A stretch of 64,000 nucleotides of DNA from contig CAVQMS010000001.1 in assembly GCA_963713685.1 (NCBI GenBank), positions 511,203 to 575,202 of the forward strand. The letters run 5' to 3'. A model generated the notes under the pieces. It was not told where the DNA came from, made no database searches, and saw only the letters and a program-made list of their open reading frames with translations. Position numbers and translations under genes: made by a program. The DNA is from Vulcanimicrobiota bacterium (GTDB lineage Bacteria > Vulcanimicrobiota > Vulcanimicrobiia > Vulcanimicrobiales > Vulcanimicrobiaceae). This document shows, piece by piece, positions 46,833 through 56,144 of this stretch (position 1 is its first letter; each line of letters begins with the position of its first letter).

Positions 46833-46860
46833 GTTAAGCATCTGTTAAGAACGCCTTAAT
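46833..46860 (+). promoter_or_regulatory. three direct repeats (GTTAAG / GTTAAG / CTTAAT) phased at 11 bp; candidate OmpR/PhoB-type binding site
   Basis: Hexamers at 46833-38, 46844-49 and 46855-60, read directly. They lie between pstB and the first OMP gene, about 60 nt upstream of its GTG. Confidence 0.4.
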
Positions 46861-46921
46861 CAGCGAGCGCTAGACTATTTTCGGATCTCCCTCCTGACCT
46901 TCAAAGGAGCACCGCTTTAAC

Positions 46922-49015
46922 GTGTCATTTGCAATCGCCCGCGCCGGATTGCTGGCGGCGGCAATGCTCATTACGAGCATGTCTGTGGGACTGGCGGCAA
47001 CACCGGCAACACCAGTCGCGCAGACGAGTACGCCGGCTATGGATTTCGGCGCTCCCCCCGCGGGGCAGATTCCGATTCTCTTCAACGACCGCCACGTTTA
47101 CACCAAACCCGACGTGCTCAAGCAAGCTCGCGTGTTGGCCGCGCTCGTGCGGGGCGGCACGATCTTGATCCCCTTGCGCTCGATGTTCGAGCAGATGGGC
47201 GCGACGGTTTCCTACGATTCGTCCAGCAAGACGGCCACGGTGTCCAAATCGGGGGCCGAGGTGCGCGTTACCGTGGGCAAACCCGAAGTGATCATCAACG
47301 GCGAGTCGCGTCCGCTCGACGTGCCCCCGATCGTCTATAACGGCGTCGTACTCGTACCGGTCCGCGTGATCTCCGAAGGCATGGGCGCATACGTCCAATG
47401 GGTGCCCGACCGGCGGTTAGTGGTGGTCCGATATATTCCGGCGACGCCGCCGCCGGCTGAGGCTCCTCCACCGGCAGCTCCGGAAGCGACCCTCGCTCCC
47501 GCCCCACCGCCGCCGCCGAAGCCCAATCCCTTAACTCTGGGTGGATACGTGCGTTCGTATTACTTCACGCGGCAAAATGCGTCCAATAATCCTGGAGCAG
47601 AATTCAACTTTACGCCCGGGGCCAAATACAGTTCGGCCGGCGTCAATCAGGCAAGTTGGAACACCGCCCTCGCCGTGCATGGCGATTACAATTTTCCGGG
47701 CGGCGGCTGGATAATCGGTGGCACGTACCTTTACGCGAATCCGATCAACGGGCCATGCGTAGTTCCCGCCAATCACGCCAAAGGCGCCGTCTGCGTCTCG
47801 CAGGCTCCACCCAATACCAATCCCGACGATACACTCCCCGGCTTTACGATGAGCACCTTTTACGAGGCGTACCTGAAATATAAAGCCTACGGCTGGTCGG
47901 GAACGCTCGGCAATCAACTCTTCAATACCCCGTGGGCGAACCCATCGGATTCGCGTCTGAAGCCAGTCGCGTTTCAGGGTGGCGATCTCGGCTACACTTT
48001 TCCGTCGGGCTTGACGTTCGAGGGCGCGGACATGCTCACGTTCCAAAACCGGACCAGCTCGGACTTTAGCCGGCAGACGTTGCTGACCAGCTATCCGGCC
48101 GGTTCGCCTGGCCTGGCTTCGAATATCCAGGTTCCGGGCGGAGCAGGCATCAACACGAACGGCTTTGCATTCGGCAAGGTCGGCTACAGCAATCCCGCCG
48201 GAATTTCTGCGGACGGTTACTTCTATGGGGTTAGCGATATCGCGAACATGTGGTGGTTTGACGGGAAGTACACGTTCTCGCCGAGCGGATGGGCGCCGTT
48301 CATCGCTCTGCAGGGCGGTTTCGAGAACAACGCGGGACAATCGTACATCGGAAAGATCAACAGCCAGGACGTCGGAGTGCAGCTGGGCGCCAACCTTACC
48401 AAAAACATCCAAATCGCCGCCGGCTATGACGAGATCCCCTGGCACACCGATTCGGTCTTCTTGCCCAAGAACGTAACGTGCAACAACTCCAACTTCCAGG
48501 TCAGCGCAAAGGCGAACTTCGCCTATTTGTTGCCAATGAACGCCCCGCAGTGTTTCACCCAGCCAAACGGCATGACTCAAATCTACTACGGCGGCTGGGC
48601 CAGCCCGTATACCGACAGCTATGCCACCGACCCGTTCTTCACGACGCAGATTTCGCAGGGTATGGCCGATCGGCGTGCGCCTGGAACGTCGTGGAAAGTT
48701 GGACTCACGTTTACTTCGACCAACAAGCGCTGGGTGTTCATTGCGAGCGACGCCTGGTACAATTACGGCAATGCGCTCGCTCCGGAAAGCACGAACGAGT
48801 GGAATCTTGACGGACAATACCACTTCAGCAAACCAGGGAAGGGAGCGTATCACGGTCTGCTGCTGCGCTATCGGTACGCGCAACGGTCTCTTTCAAACAC
48901 CTTTTGCGGCGCGGCCCAGACCAGCTGCCCGCCGGGATCTACCCTCGGGTCTAGCGAGTTTGGTGGGTTACCGCTGTTCAAGTACAATCGCGCGCAGTTG
49001 GAATACGACTTCTAA
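46922..49015 (+). CDS. outer-membrane protein, paralog 1: copper-amine-oxidase-N-like stalk domain, Pro-rich linker and putative beta-barrel
   Basis: GTG start after AAGGAG. Signal peptide. The stalk-domain motif pair is [27 protein letters not shown] and [20 protein letters not shown]. Linker [13 protein letters not shown]. The ~480-aa C-terminal part shows an alternating pattern and ends ...YNRAQLEYDF with a terminal Phe. Confidence 0.8.
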   Translation: MSFAIARAGLLAAAMLITSMSVGLAATPATPVAQTSTPAMDFGAPPAGQIPILFNDRHVYTKPDVLKQARVLAALVRGGTILIPLRSMFEQMGATVSYDSSSKTATVSKSGAEVRVTVGKPEVIINGESRPLDVPPIVYNGVVLVPVRVISEGMGAYVQWVPDRRLVVVRYIPATPPPAEAPPPAAPEATLAPAPPPPPKPNPLTLGGYVRSYYFTRQNASNNPGAEFNFTPGAKYSSAGVNQASWNTALAVHGDYNFPGGGWIIGGTYLYANPINGPCVVPANHAKGAVCVSQAPPNTNPDDTLPGFTMSTFYEAYLKYKAYGWSGTLGNQLFNTPWANPSDSRLKPVAFQGGDLGYTFPSGLTFEGADMLTFQNRTSSDFSRQTLLTSYPAGSPGLASNIQVPGGAGINTNGFAFGKVGYSNPAGISADGYFYGVSDIANMWWFDGKYTFSPSGWAPFIALQGGFENNAGQSYIGKINSQDVGVQLGANLTKNIQIAAGYDEIPWHTDSVFLPKNVTCNNSNFQVSAKANFAYLLPMNAPQCFTQPNGMTQIYYGGWASPYTDSYATDPFFTTQISQGMADRRAPGTSWKVGLTFTSTNKRWVFIASDAWYNYGNALAPESTNEWNLDGQYHFSKPGKGAYHGLLLRYRYAQRSLSNTFCGAAQTSCPPGSTLGSSEFGGLPLFKYNRAQLEYDF
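47042..47496 (+). repeat. near-identical nucleotide block shared with 49290..49744 (stalk domain plus linker of the two OMP paralogs)
   Basis: My manual alignment gives 11 mismatches and no indels over 455 nt. The barrel-coding parts of the two genes differ at many synonymous sites. Confidence 0.85.
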
Positions 49016-49040
49016 GGTCGACCTCACGGTCACGCCGCGA

Positions 49041-49076
49041 AAATCGCCCGGCCGTTCGGCCGGGCGATTTCCTTTC
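49041..49076 (+). terminator. intrinsic terminator after OMP paralog 1
   Basis: AAATCGCCCGGCC-GTTC-GGCCGGGCGATTT forms a perfect 13-bp stem, followed by the pyrimidine/T-rich CCTTTCCC. Confidence 0.75.
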
Positions 49077-49088
49077 CCTAACTTTTGT

Positions 49089-49112
49089 GATTAATGACCA
49101 AGGTCATTAATC
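49089..49112. promoter_or_regulatory. perfect 24-bp AT-rich palindrome GATTAATGACC-AA-GGTCATTAATC; candidate operator
   Basis: Read directly from sequence. It lies 58 nt upstream of the paralog 2 ATG and downstream of the terminator. Confidence 0.45.
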
Positions 49113-49169
49113 TCGATTCCAAGAAATTGACCCTAGTTACTTTAGGCTAACAGGAGGTTCCTTCTCCCA

Positions 49170-51269
49170 ATGAAGACTGCTTTTGTTCGCGTGGGCCTGA
49201 TCGCCGCGGCCCTCGTCGCGGCTGGCGCATCTGTAGGACTGGCGGAAACACCGGCCACACCAGTCGCGCAGACGGGGACGCCGACCGCCGATTTCGGCGC
49301 TGCCCCCGCGGGGCAGATTCCGATTCTCTTCAACGACCGCCACGTTTACACCAAACCCGACGTGCTCAAGCAAGGTCGCGTGTTGGCCGCGCTCGTGCGG
49401 GGCGGCACGATCCTAATCCCCTTGCGCTCGATGTTCGAGCAGATGGGCGCGACGGTTTCCTACGATTCGTCCAGCAAGACGGCTACGATGTCCAAATCGG
49501 GGGCCGAGGTGCGAGTTACCGTGGGCAAACCCGAAGTGATCATCAACGGCGAGTCGCGCCCGCTCGACGTGCCGCCGATCGTCTATAACGGCGTCGTACT
49601 CGTACCGGTCCGCGTGATCTCCGAAGGCATGGGCGCATACGTCCAATGGGTGCCCGACCGCCGGTTGGTGGTGGTCCGATATATTCCGGCGACGCCGCCG
49701 CCGGCTGAGGCTCCTCCACCGGCAGCTCCGGAAGCGACCCTCGCGCCTCCGCCGCCGCTGCCTCCGACACCCAACCCGTTTTCGATCCACGGATTCGTGC
49801 GCTCGTTCTACTTCACGCGCCAGAACGCGTCGAATAATCCGGGAGCACAGTTCAACTTCACCCCGGGAGCCAAATACAGCTCGGCCGGCGTCAACCAGGC
49901 GAGTTGGAACACGGCGATCGCCCTCGGCGGCGACTACAACTTCCCCGGCGGCGGCTGGGGCGTCGGCGGAACGTATCTATACGCCAATCCGATAAACGGC
50001 CCGTGCGTCGTTCCGGCCAACCACGCGAAGGGCGCCGTGTGCGTCACGCAAGTCCCGCCCAACACCAATCCCGACGACACGCTGCCCGGCTTTACGCTGA
50101 GCACGTTTTACGAGGCGTACTTGAAGTACAAGGCGTACGGCTGGGACGGCGCGATGGGCAACGTTTTGTTCAACTCGCCCTGGGCGAATCCGGCGGATTC
50201 GCGCTTGAAACCGGCGGCGTTCGAAGGTGGATACCTCGGCTATACTTTCCCAAGCGGTTTGACCTTTCAAGGCGCCGACATGCTCGCGTATGAAAACCGC
50301 ACGAGCTCGTCGTTTGGCCGGCAGACGCTGATGACGAGCTATCCGGCGGGCAATAACGGCTTAGCTCCCAACATCGTCGTTCCGGGAGGCTCGGGCATCA
50401 ATACCAACGGCTTTGCGATGGGCAAAGTCGGATACGCAAATCCTTCCGGGACCGGGCTTGCAGCCGATGGATACTTCTACGGCGTCAGCGATCTGGTCAA
50501 CATGTGGTGGGGAGACGCCAAGTACACCTTACCGGGAAGCTGGGCGCCGTTCATCGCGGTGCAAGGCGGAACCGAACAGAACGCCGGCCAGTCGTACATC
50601 GGCAAGATCAATAGCCAGGCCTACGGCGCGCAAATCGGAGCCACCATCGCGAAGAACTTCCAGCTTACCGTTGGCTACGACGCGATTCCGTGGAAGACCG
50701 ACACGATCAATCTGCCGGCGGGCGTGACCTGCAACAACTCGAACTTCCAGGTCTCGGCAAAGGCGACGCTAGCCTACGTCCTGCCGCTCAACGCGGCGCA
50801 GTGCTTCACCAACACCAACGGCACCACGCAAATCTACTACGGCGGTTGGGCCAGCCCATACACCGATAACTACGACAGCGATCCGCTCTTCACGACCAAC
50901 GTCACGCAGGGTATGGCCGACCGGCGCGCGCCGGGAACGTCGTGGAAAGCCGGTATTCAATACACCTCGAACAACCAGAAGTGGATCTTCATCGCAACCG
51001 ACGCGTGGTATAACTACGGCAACGCGCTGGCGCCGGAGAACACGAATACCTGGGTTCTCGACGGTCGCTATCGCTTCGGGCATGTCGGCAAGGGCCCGTA
51101 TCACGGCCTGGTCCTCCGGGATCGGTACATCCAGCGCACGCTCTCCAACACGTTCTGCGGGGCCAACGGCACGACGAGCTGTCCGCCCGGCGCTTCGATC
51201 GGCTCGTCCGAGTTTGGCGGGTTACCGCTGTTCAAGTACAATCGCGCGCAAATCGAATACGACTTCTAG
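49170..51269 (+). CDS. outer-membrane protein, paralog 2 (same architecture as 46922..49015)
   Basis: ATG after AGGAGG. Same domain order, same three Cys pairs, and ends ...[10 protein letters not shown]. The stop lies 10 nt before the cysP start. Confidence 0.8.
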   Translation: MKTAFVRVGLIAAALVAAGASVGLAETPATPVAQTGTPTADFGAAPAGQIPILFNDRHVYTKPDVLKQGRVLAALVRGGTILIPLRSMFEQMGATVSYDSSSKTATMSKSGAEVRVTVGKPEVIINGESRPLDVPPIVYNGVVLVPVRVISEGMGAYVQWVPDRRLVVVRYIPATPPPAEAPPPAAPEATLAPPPPLPPTPNPFSIHGFVRSFYFTRQNASNNPGAQFNFTPGAKYSSAGVNQASWNTAIALGGDYNFPGGGWGVGGTYLYANPINGPCVVPANHAKGAVCVTQVPPNTNPDDTLPGFTLSTFYEAYLKYKAYGWDGAMGNVLFNSPWANPADSRLKPAAFEGGYLGYTFPSGLTFQGADMLAYENRTSSSFGRQTLMTSYPAGNNGLAPNIVVPGGSGINTNGFAMGKVGYANPSGTGLAADGYFYGVSDLVNMWWGDAKYTLPGSWAPFIAVQGGTEQNAGQSYIGKINSQAYGAQIGATIAKNFQLTVGYDAIPWKTDTINLPAGVTCNNSNFQVSAKATLAYVLPLNAAQCFTNTNGTTQIYYGGWASPYTDNYDSDPLFTTNVTQGMADRRAPGTSWKAGIQYTSNNQKWIFIATDAWYNYGNALAPENTNTWVLDGRYRFGHVGKGPYHGLVLRDRYIQRTLSNTFCGANGTTSCPPGASIGSSEFGGLPLFKYNRAQIEYDF
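49290..49744 (+). repeat. second copy of the near-identical stalk/linker nucleotide block
   Basis: See 47042..47496. Confidence 0.85.
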
Positions 51270-51279
51270 GGGGCAGAAC

Positions 51280-52299
51280 GTGAAAATCCACCTTAGAAAT
51301 GGGGCCTTGATTGGGCTCGCAGCACTCGCGCTCTGCGCCGGCGGCTATGCCGGCGCCGAGGGGCAAAGCTCGACGACGATTCTCAACGTTTCCTACGATC
51401 CCACGCGCGAACTCTACGACGACTACAACGCGGTCTTTGCAAAGTACTGGAAGGCGAAAACCGGTCAGACCGTGACGGTCCAGCAATCGAACGGCGGTTC
51501 GGGAAAACAAGCACGCGCCGTTATCGATGGTCTCCCCGCCGACGTCGTAACCCTAGGCCTCGCCTACGACATCGATGCAATCGCGCAAAGGACTGCGCTG
51601 ATCCCAAGAAACTGGCAATCTCGCTTGCCCCAGAACAGCACGCCGTACACCTCAACGATCGTTCTTCTCGTGCGTGAGGGCAATCCCAAGCACATCCGCA
51701 ACTGGAACGATTTGGTGCGGCCGGGCGTCTCCGTCATCACACCGAATCCAAAAACCTCCGGGGGCGCACGCTGGAACTTTCTGGCGGCTTGGGCGTACGC
51801 GCTCTCGCAGCCGGGCGGAAGCGACGCGTCGGCCAAAGCATTCGTCACCAAGCTCTACAAGAACGTTCCGGTACTCGATTCCGGTGCCCGCGGCTCCACG
51901 ACGACGTTCGTCGAACGCGGCATCGGCGACGTTCTGATCGCCTGGGAGAACGACGCCCTTCTCGCAGTCAATCAGTTGGGTCGCGGCCGCTTCGAAATCG
52001 TACGGCCCTCTTTGAGCGTGCTCGCGGAGCCGCCCGTCGCATTGATTGACGGTGTCGTGGATAAGAAGGGAACTCGCCGCGTCGCCGACGCGTACCTCCG
52101 GTATCTCTACTCGCCCGCGGGCCAAGAGATCATTGCGCGGCACTACTTCCGCCCGCGCCTTGCTGCGGTGGCAAAGAAGTACTCCCGGCAGTTTCCCGCC
52201 ATGAAGCTCGTCACGATCGAGAGATTTGGCGGCTGGGACAAAGCGCAGCGGGAGTATTTTGCCGACGGCGGCGTCTTCGACCAGATCTATCAGCCGTGA
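51280..52299 (+). CDS. cysP: sulfate/thiosulfate ABC transporter substrate-binding protein
   Basis: GTG 51280 lies within ORF 51082..52299. Signal peptide. Motifs [36 protein letters not shown] and [14 protein letters not shown]. Confidence 0.9.
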   Translation: MKIHLRNGALIGLAALALCAGGYAGAEGQSSTTILNVSYDPTRELYDDYNAVFAKYWKAKTGQTVTVQQSNGGSGKQARAVIDGLPADVVTLGLAYDIDAIAQRTALIPRNWQSRLPQNSTPYTSTIVLLVREGNPKHIRNWNDLVRPGVSVITPNPKTSGGARWNFLAAWAYALSQPGGSDASAKAFVTKLYKNVPVLDSGARGSTTTFVERGIGDVLIAWENDALLAVNQLGRGRFEIVRPSLSVLAEPPVALIDGVVDKKGTRRVADAYLRYLYSPAGQEIIARHYFRPRLAAVAKKYSRQFPAMKLVTIERFGGWDKAQREYFADGGVFDQIYQP

Positions 52300-53171
52300 A
52301 GTTTCGGCGCCGGAGCATCATTCCGGGATTCGGATTGACGCTGGGGTTCACGGTCTTTTATCTCTCGCTCGTCGTCCTCGTCCCGCTCTCGGCCACCTTT
52401 TTCGAGGCGTCCAAAGTCGGCTGGCACGAGTTCTGGCGCATCGTTATGACTCCGCGCGCGCTCGCCTCCTACGGCCTCAGCTTCGGCGCGTCGCTGGTTG
52501 GCGCAACGCTGAACTTCTTTCTCGGCACGCTGGTCGCGTGGGTCTTAGTACGATATAGTTTTCCGTTCAAACGCGTCTTGGACTCACTCGTGGACTTACC
52601 GTTTGCATTGCCGACCGCGGTCGCCGGAATCGCGCTGACGACGTTGTACGCGAAGACCGGTTGGTTCGGAGGGCCGCTGGCCTCGGCCGGAATACACGTT
52701 GCGTTCACGCGGCTGGGCATCGTCGTGGCGCTTACGTTCGTCGGCTTGCCGTTCGTCGTACGGACCGTTCAGCCGGTCTTAGAAGATCTGGATACGGAGC
52801 TCGAAGAGGCTGCTGCCAGCCTGGGAGCGGGGCGTTGGCAGGCGTTCACCCGAGTCGTCTATCCTTCAATTGCTCCAGCGGCGCTTGCGGGGTTTGCATT
52901 GGCATTCGCGCGGGGCGTCGGCGAGTACGGCTCGGTGATCTTCATTGCGGGCAATATGCCGATGCGAACGGAGATCGCTCCGCTGCTCATCGTTACGAAG
53001 CTCGAAGAATACGATTATGCCGGAGCGACTTCGATCGCGGTCGTTATGCTCGTCATTTCGTTCGTATTTCTGCTTGCGATCAACATGCTGCAACGCTGGA
53101 GCAGTCGCCGCGAAGGCCGCGATGAGCCCGAAGCGCCGGCGTTGCGCCCGGCGTTCGCCTTGGAGGGTTGA
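52296..53171 (+). CDS. cysT: sulfate ABC transporter permease CysT
   Basis: Polytopic membrane protein with the EAA loop [22 protein letters not shown]. Confidence 0.9.
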   Translation: MKFRRRSIIPGFGLTLGFTVFYLSLVVLVPLSATFFEASKVGWHEFWRIVMTPRALASYGLSFGASLVGATLNFFLGTLVAWVLVRYSFPFKRVLDSLVDLPFALPTAVAGIALTTLYAKTGWFGGPLASAGIHVAFTRLGIVVALTFVGLPFVVRTVQPVLEDLDTELEEAAASLGAGRWQAFTRVVYPSIAPAALAGFALAFARGVGEYGSVIFIAGNMPMRTEIAPLLIVTKLEEYDYAGATSIAVVMLVISFVFLLAINMLQRWSSRREGRDEPEAPALRPAFALEG

Positions 53172-54001
53172 TGGGGGTTATCGGCGAGTCGGCCCTCGTG
53201 CGACGGCTTCTGATCGGCGTATCCGTGATGTTCCTCGGCGCGTTCCTCTTGGCGCCCCTCGCCGTCGTCTTTGCCGTCGCGTTCGGACAAGGCGTCGCTG
53301 CGTACTTTGCGAGCTTTCGGGACCCCGATACCCTTGCAGCGATTCGGCTCACCCTGTTGGCCGCCGCCATCGCCGTACCGTCGAATCTGACGTTCGGGAT
53401 TGCGGCAGCGTGGGCGATCGGTAAGTTCGAGTTTTGGGGCAAGAGTTTTTTGATTGCGCTCATCGATCTGCCATTTTCGATATCGCCGGTGGTTGCGGGT
53501 CTGACCTACGTCTTGCTGTTTGGCGCACAGGGGGTCTTGGGCCCGTGGCTTACATCGCACAACCTGCACGTGATATTTGCGGTCCCCGGCATTGTCCTCG
53601 CGACGATTTTTGTAACGTTTCCTTTCATTGCGCGCGAGCTGCTGCCGTTGATGGCTGCGCAAGGAAACGACGAAGAAGAAGCCGCGATAACACTTGGCGC
53701 AAGCGGCTGGCAGACGTTTCTGAAGGTCACGCTGCCGAACGTGAAGTGGGCGTTGCTCTACGGCGTTATTCTGTGCAACGCGCGCGCCATGGGCGAGTTT
53801 GGCGCCGTCTCGGTGGTCTCCGGCCACATACGGGGGTTGACCGACACGATGCCGTTGCAAATTGAAGTCCTCTACAACGATTATCAGTTCGTGCCGGCTT
53901 TTGCCGTCGCTTCGCTTTTGGCACTGCTGGCGTTGGTCACGCTAGTCGTCAAGAGCGCGGTGGAATGGCGGGCCGGGAAGCTTAGGAGCCAGCTCGCATG
54001 A
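53168..54001 (+). CDS. cysW: sulfate ABC transporter permease CysW
   Basis: EAA loop [22 protein letters not shown]. Start/stop overlaps on both sides. Confidence 0.9.
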   Translation: MMGVIGESALVRRLLIGVSVMFLGAFLLAPLAVVFAVAFGQGVAAYFASFRDPDTLAAIRLTLLAAAIAVPSNLTFGIAAAWAIGKFEFWGKSFLIALIDLPFSISPVVAGLTYVLLFGAQGVLGPWLTSHNLHVIFAVPGIVLATIFVTFPFIARELLPLMAAQGNDEEEAAITLGASGWQTFLKVTLPNVKWALLYGVILCNARAMGEFGAVSVVSGHIRGLTDTMPLQIEVLYNDYQFVPAFAVASLLALLALVTLVVKSAVEWRAGKLRSQLA

Positions 54002-55035
54002 GCATTGCCGTTCGGAACGTCACAAAAGCGTTTGGCGTCTTCACCGCGCTGAATCATGTCGATCTCGATGTGCCGCAGGGCCGCCTGGTCGCACTCCTGG
54101 GGCCCTCCGGCTCCGGAAAGACCACGCTGCTGCGCATTATCGCCGGTTTAGAAGTTGCCGACGCCGGGTCGGTGCAATTCGACGGCCAGGACATCAGCAA
54201 TCGCAGCGCGGGCGAGCGGCGGGTGGGATTCGTCTTTCAACACTATGCGCTCTTTCGCCACATGACCGTCTTCGAGAACATCGCTTTCGGCCTTCGCGTG
54301 CGCTCGCGTCAAACGCGGCCGTCACCCGGTCAGATCCGCAACCGGGTGGGGGAGCTACTGCATCTCATTCAACTCCAAAATCAGGCCGGCCGGTACCCGA
54401 CCCAGCTCTCCGGTGGACAGCGCCAACGCGTTGCCCTGGCGCGGGCGCTAGCCGTGGAGCCGAGCGTGCTGCTCCTCGACGAACCGTTCGGCGCGCTCGA
54501 CGCGAAGGTGCGGTTGGAGCTCCGCAGGTGGCTGCGTCAGCTGCACGACGAGGTCGGCGTCACCAGCGTGTTCGTGACGCACGATCAGGACGAGGCCCTC
54601 GAGGTTGCGGACCAAGTTGCCGTCATGAACGGCGGGCGGATCGAGCAGGTCGGCACTCCCGACGAGGTTTATAATCGGCCTGCGAACTCGTTCGTCTACA
54701 ATTTCTTGGGCAACGTCAACCTGTTTCACGGCCGCGTCGATAATGGGACGGCGTACATCCATCAGGAAGCGACGGGCCATCTGGTTTTCGTGCGCCCGCA
54801 CGAGTTGGAAATTGCACGGCAGCCGAGGGGTGCGAATTATTTCCGTGCGACGACCAAGCACATCAACGCCGCAGGTCCGCTGGTCAAGGTCGAGGCGGTC
54901 ACCGAGTGGGGCGCGCGGGTTCACGTCGAAATGCCGCGGGAGCGCTTCCGCGATCTCGCACTGCGGAACGGCGAGGAAGTTTTCATCACGCCGCGGGACC
55001 TCGCGGTCTTCGCGAACGACCAGCGCGCGGTTTAG
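53998..55035 (+). CDS. cysA: sulfate ABC transporter ATP-binding protein CysA
   Basis: [29 protein letters not shown] and [11 protein letters not shown], plus a C-terminal TOBE-like regulatory domain. Confidence 0.92.
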   Translation: MSIAVRNVTKAFGVFTALNHVDLDVPQGRLVALLGPSGSGKTTLLRIIAGLEVADAGSVQFDGQDISNRSAGERRVGFVFQHYALFRHMTVFENIAFGLRVRSRQTRPSPGQIRNRVGELLHLIQLQNQAGRYPTQLSGGQRQRVALARALAVEPSVLLLDEPFGALDAKVRLELRRWLRQLHDEVGVTSVFVTHDQDEALEVADQVAVMNGGRIEQVGTPDEVYNRPANSFVYNFLGNVNLFHGRVDNGTAYIHQEATGHLVFVRPHELEIARQPRGANYFRATTKHINAAGPLVKVEAVTEWGARVHVEMPRERFRDLALRNGEEVFITPRDLAVFANDQRAV

Positions 55036-55082
55036 TCGTCGCGCGGGGGTTTCCTCGCGCCCGAGTGAAATACCGCGCCGTC

Positions 55083-56144
55083 ATGGCTTCCTCGATGCGG
55101 GCGCTCGTCAAGCCGGGCCCGGCGCCCGGTTTTGTGTTATCGGAAGTGCCGGTCCCGTCCATCGGTCCGACCGACGTATTGATCCGCGTCGAGAAGGCGG
55201 GCTTGTGCGGGACAGACTATCACATCTATACCTGGGATAGCTGGGCGCACCACCGCGTCAAGCCTCCGTTAATCGTCGGCCACGAATTCATGGGAACCGT
55301 CGCCGCGGTTGGCGATGCCGTACGCGCGGTTCGCGTCGGCGAACGCGTTTCTGCGGAGGGGCACATCGTGGATCTGACGTGCCTCCTCTGCCGCACCGGA
55401 CAGGCGCACATTTGTGAACGCGTCGAGATCATCGGCGTCGATCGCAGCGGCGCGTTTGCGGAATATGTGGCGATACCGGAGTACAACGTCTGGCGGCTCG
55501 ATCCCGCGATTCCCGACGAGTGTGCCGCAATCTTCGATCCGCTGGGGAATGCCGTGCACACGGTGATGGCCGCGGGCGTGAGCGTCAAGAGCGTTGCCAT
55601 CACGGGCGTGGGCTCGATCGGTCTCATGGCGATTCCGGTCGCGCGCGCAGCCGGTGCCGCAACGGTCTATGCAATCGACGTCAATCCCGCCAAACTCGAC
55701 CTCGCGCAGCGTCTTGGCGCGGACGAAACATTCCTGGCAACTCAGCCCGATCTCGTCGCGGAGATTCGCCGGCGCACTCGCGGCGACGGGGTTGACGTGC
55801 TGCTGGAGATGTCGGGCAGCGGCGCGGCGATCGACCAGGGATTGCAGTTCTTGCGCAACGGCGGAACCGCTGCGCTGCTGGGCATCCCGTCCGACAACGT
55901 CAGCCTGAACCTCGCCGAGCGCATCATCTTCAAGGGGCTGACCGTACTGGGAATCAACGGGCGCCGCATGTTCGAGACCTGGTATGAGACCGAAGCGCTC
56001 GTGAAGAGCGGCCGCGTCGATCCGCGCGCCATCATCACGCACGTGCTCCCCTACACGCAGTTCGAGCACGCGTTCGACTTGATGAGGAAAGGCGAGGCGG
56101 CCAAGATCGTTCTCGACTTCAAAGGAGACATTGCAAAGCCATGA
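55083..56144 (+). CDS. tdh: L-threonine 3-dehydrogenase
   Basis: MRALVK, GLCGTDYHIY, GHEFMGTV and ITGVGSIGL motifs. Paired with kbl. Confidence 0.9.
   Translation: MASSMRALVKPGPAPGFVLSEVPVPSIGPTDVLIRVEKAGLCGTDYHIYTWDSWAHHRVKPPLIVGHEFMGTVAAVGDAVRAVRVGERVSAEGHIVDLTCLLCRTGQAHICERVEIIGVDRSGAFAEYVAIPEYNVWRLDPAIPDECAAIFDPLGNAVHTVMAAGVSVKSVAITGVGSIGLMAIPVARAAGAATVYAIDVNPAKLDLAQRLGADETFLATQPDLVAEIRRRTRGDGVDVLLEMSGSGAAIDQGLQFLRNGGTAALLGIPSDNVSLNLAERIIFKGLTVLGINGRRMFETWYETEALVKSGRVDPRAIITHVLPYTQFEHAFDLMRKGEAAKIVLDFKGDIAKP

Noticed and set aside
47531-48883. 450-aa minus-strand ORF antisense to OMP paralog 1 (the region antisense to paralog 2 has only shorter ORFs)
   Set aside because: Arg-rich with no motifs. 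The sense strand encodes a conserved paralog pair with a signal peptide and beta-signal, and the antisense ORF is not preserved in the second copy.
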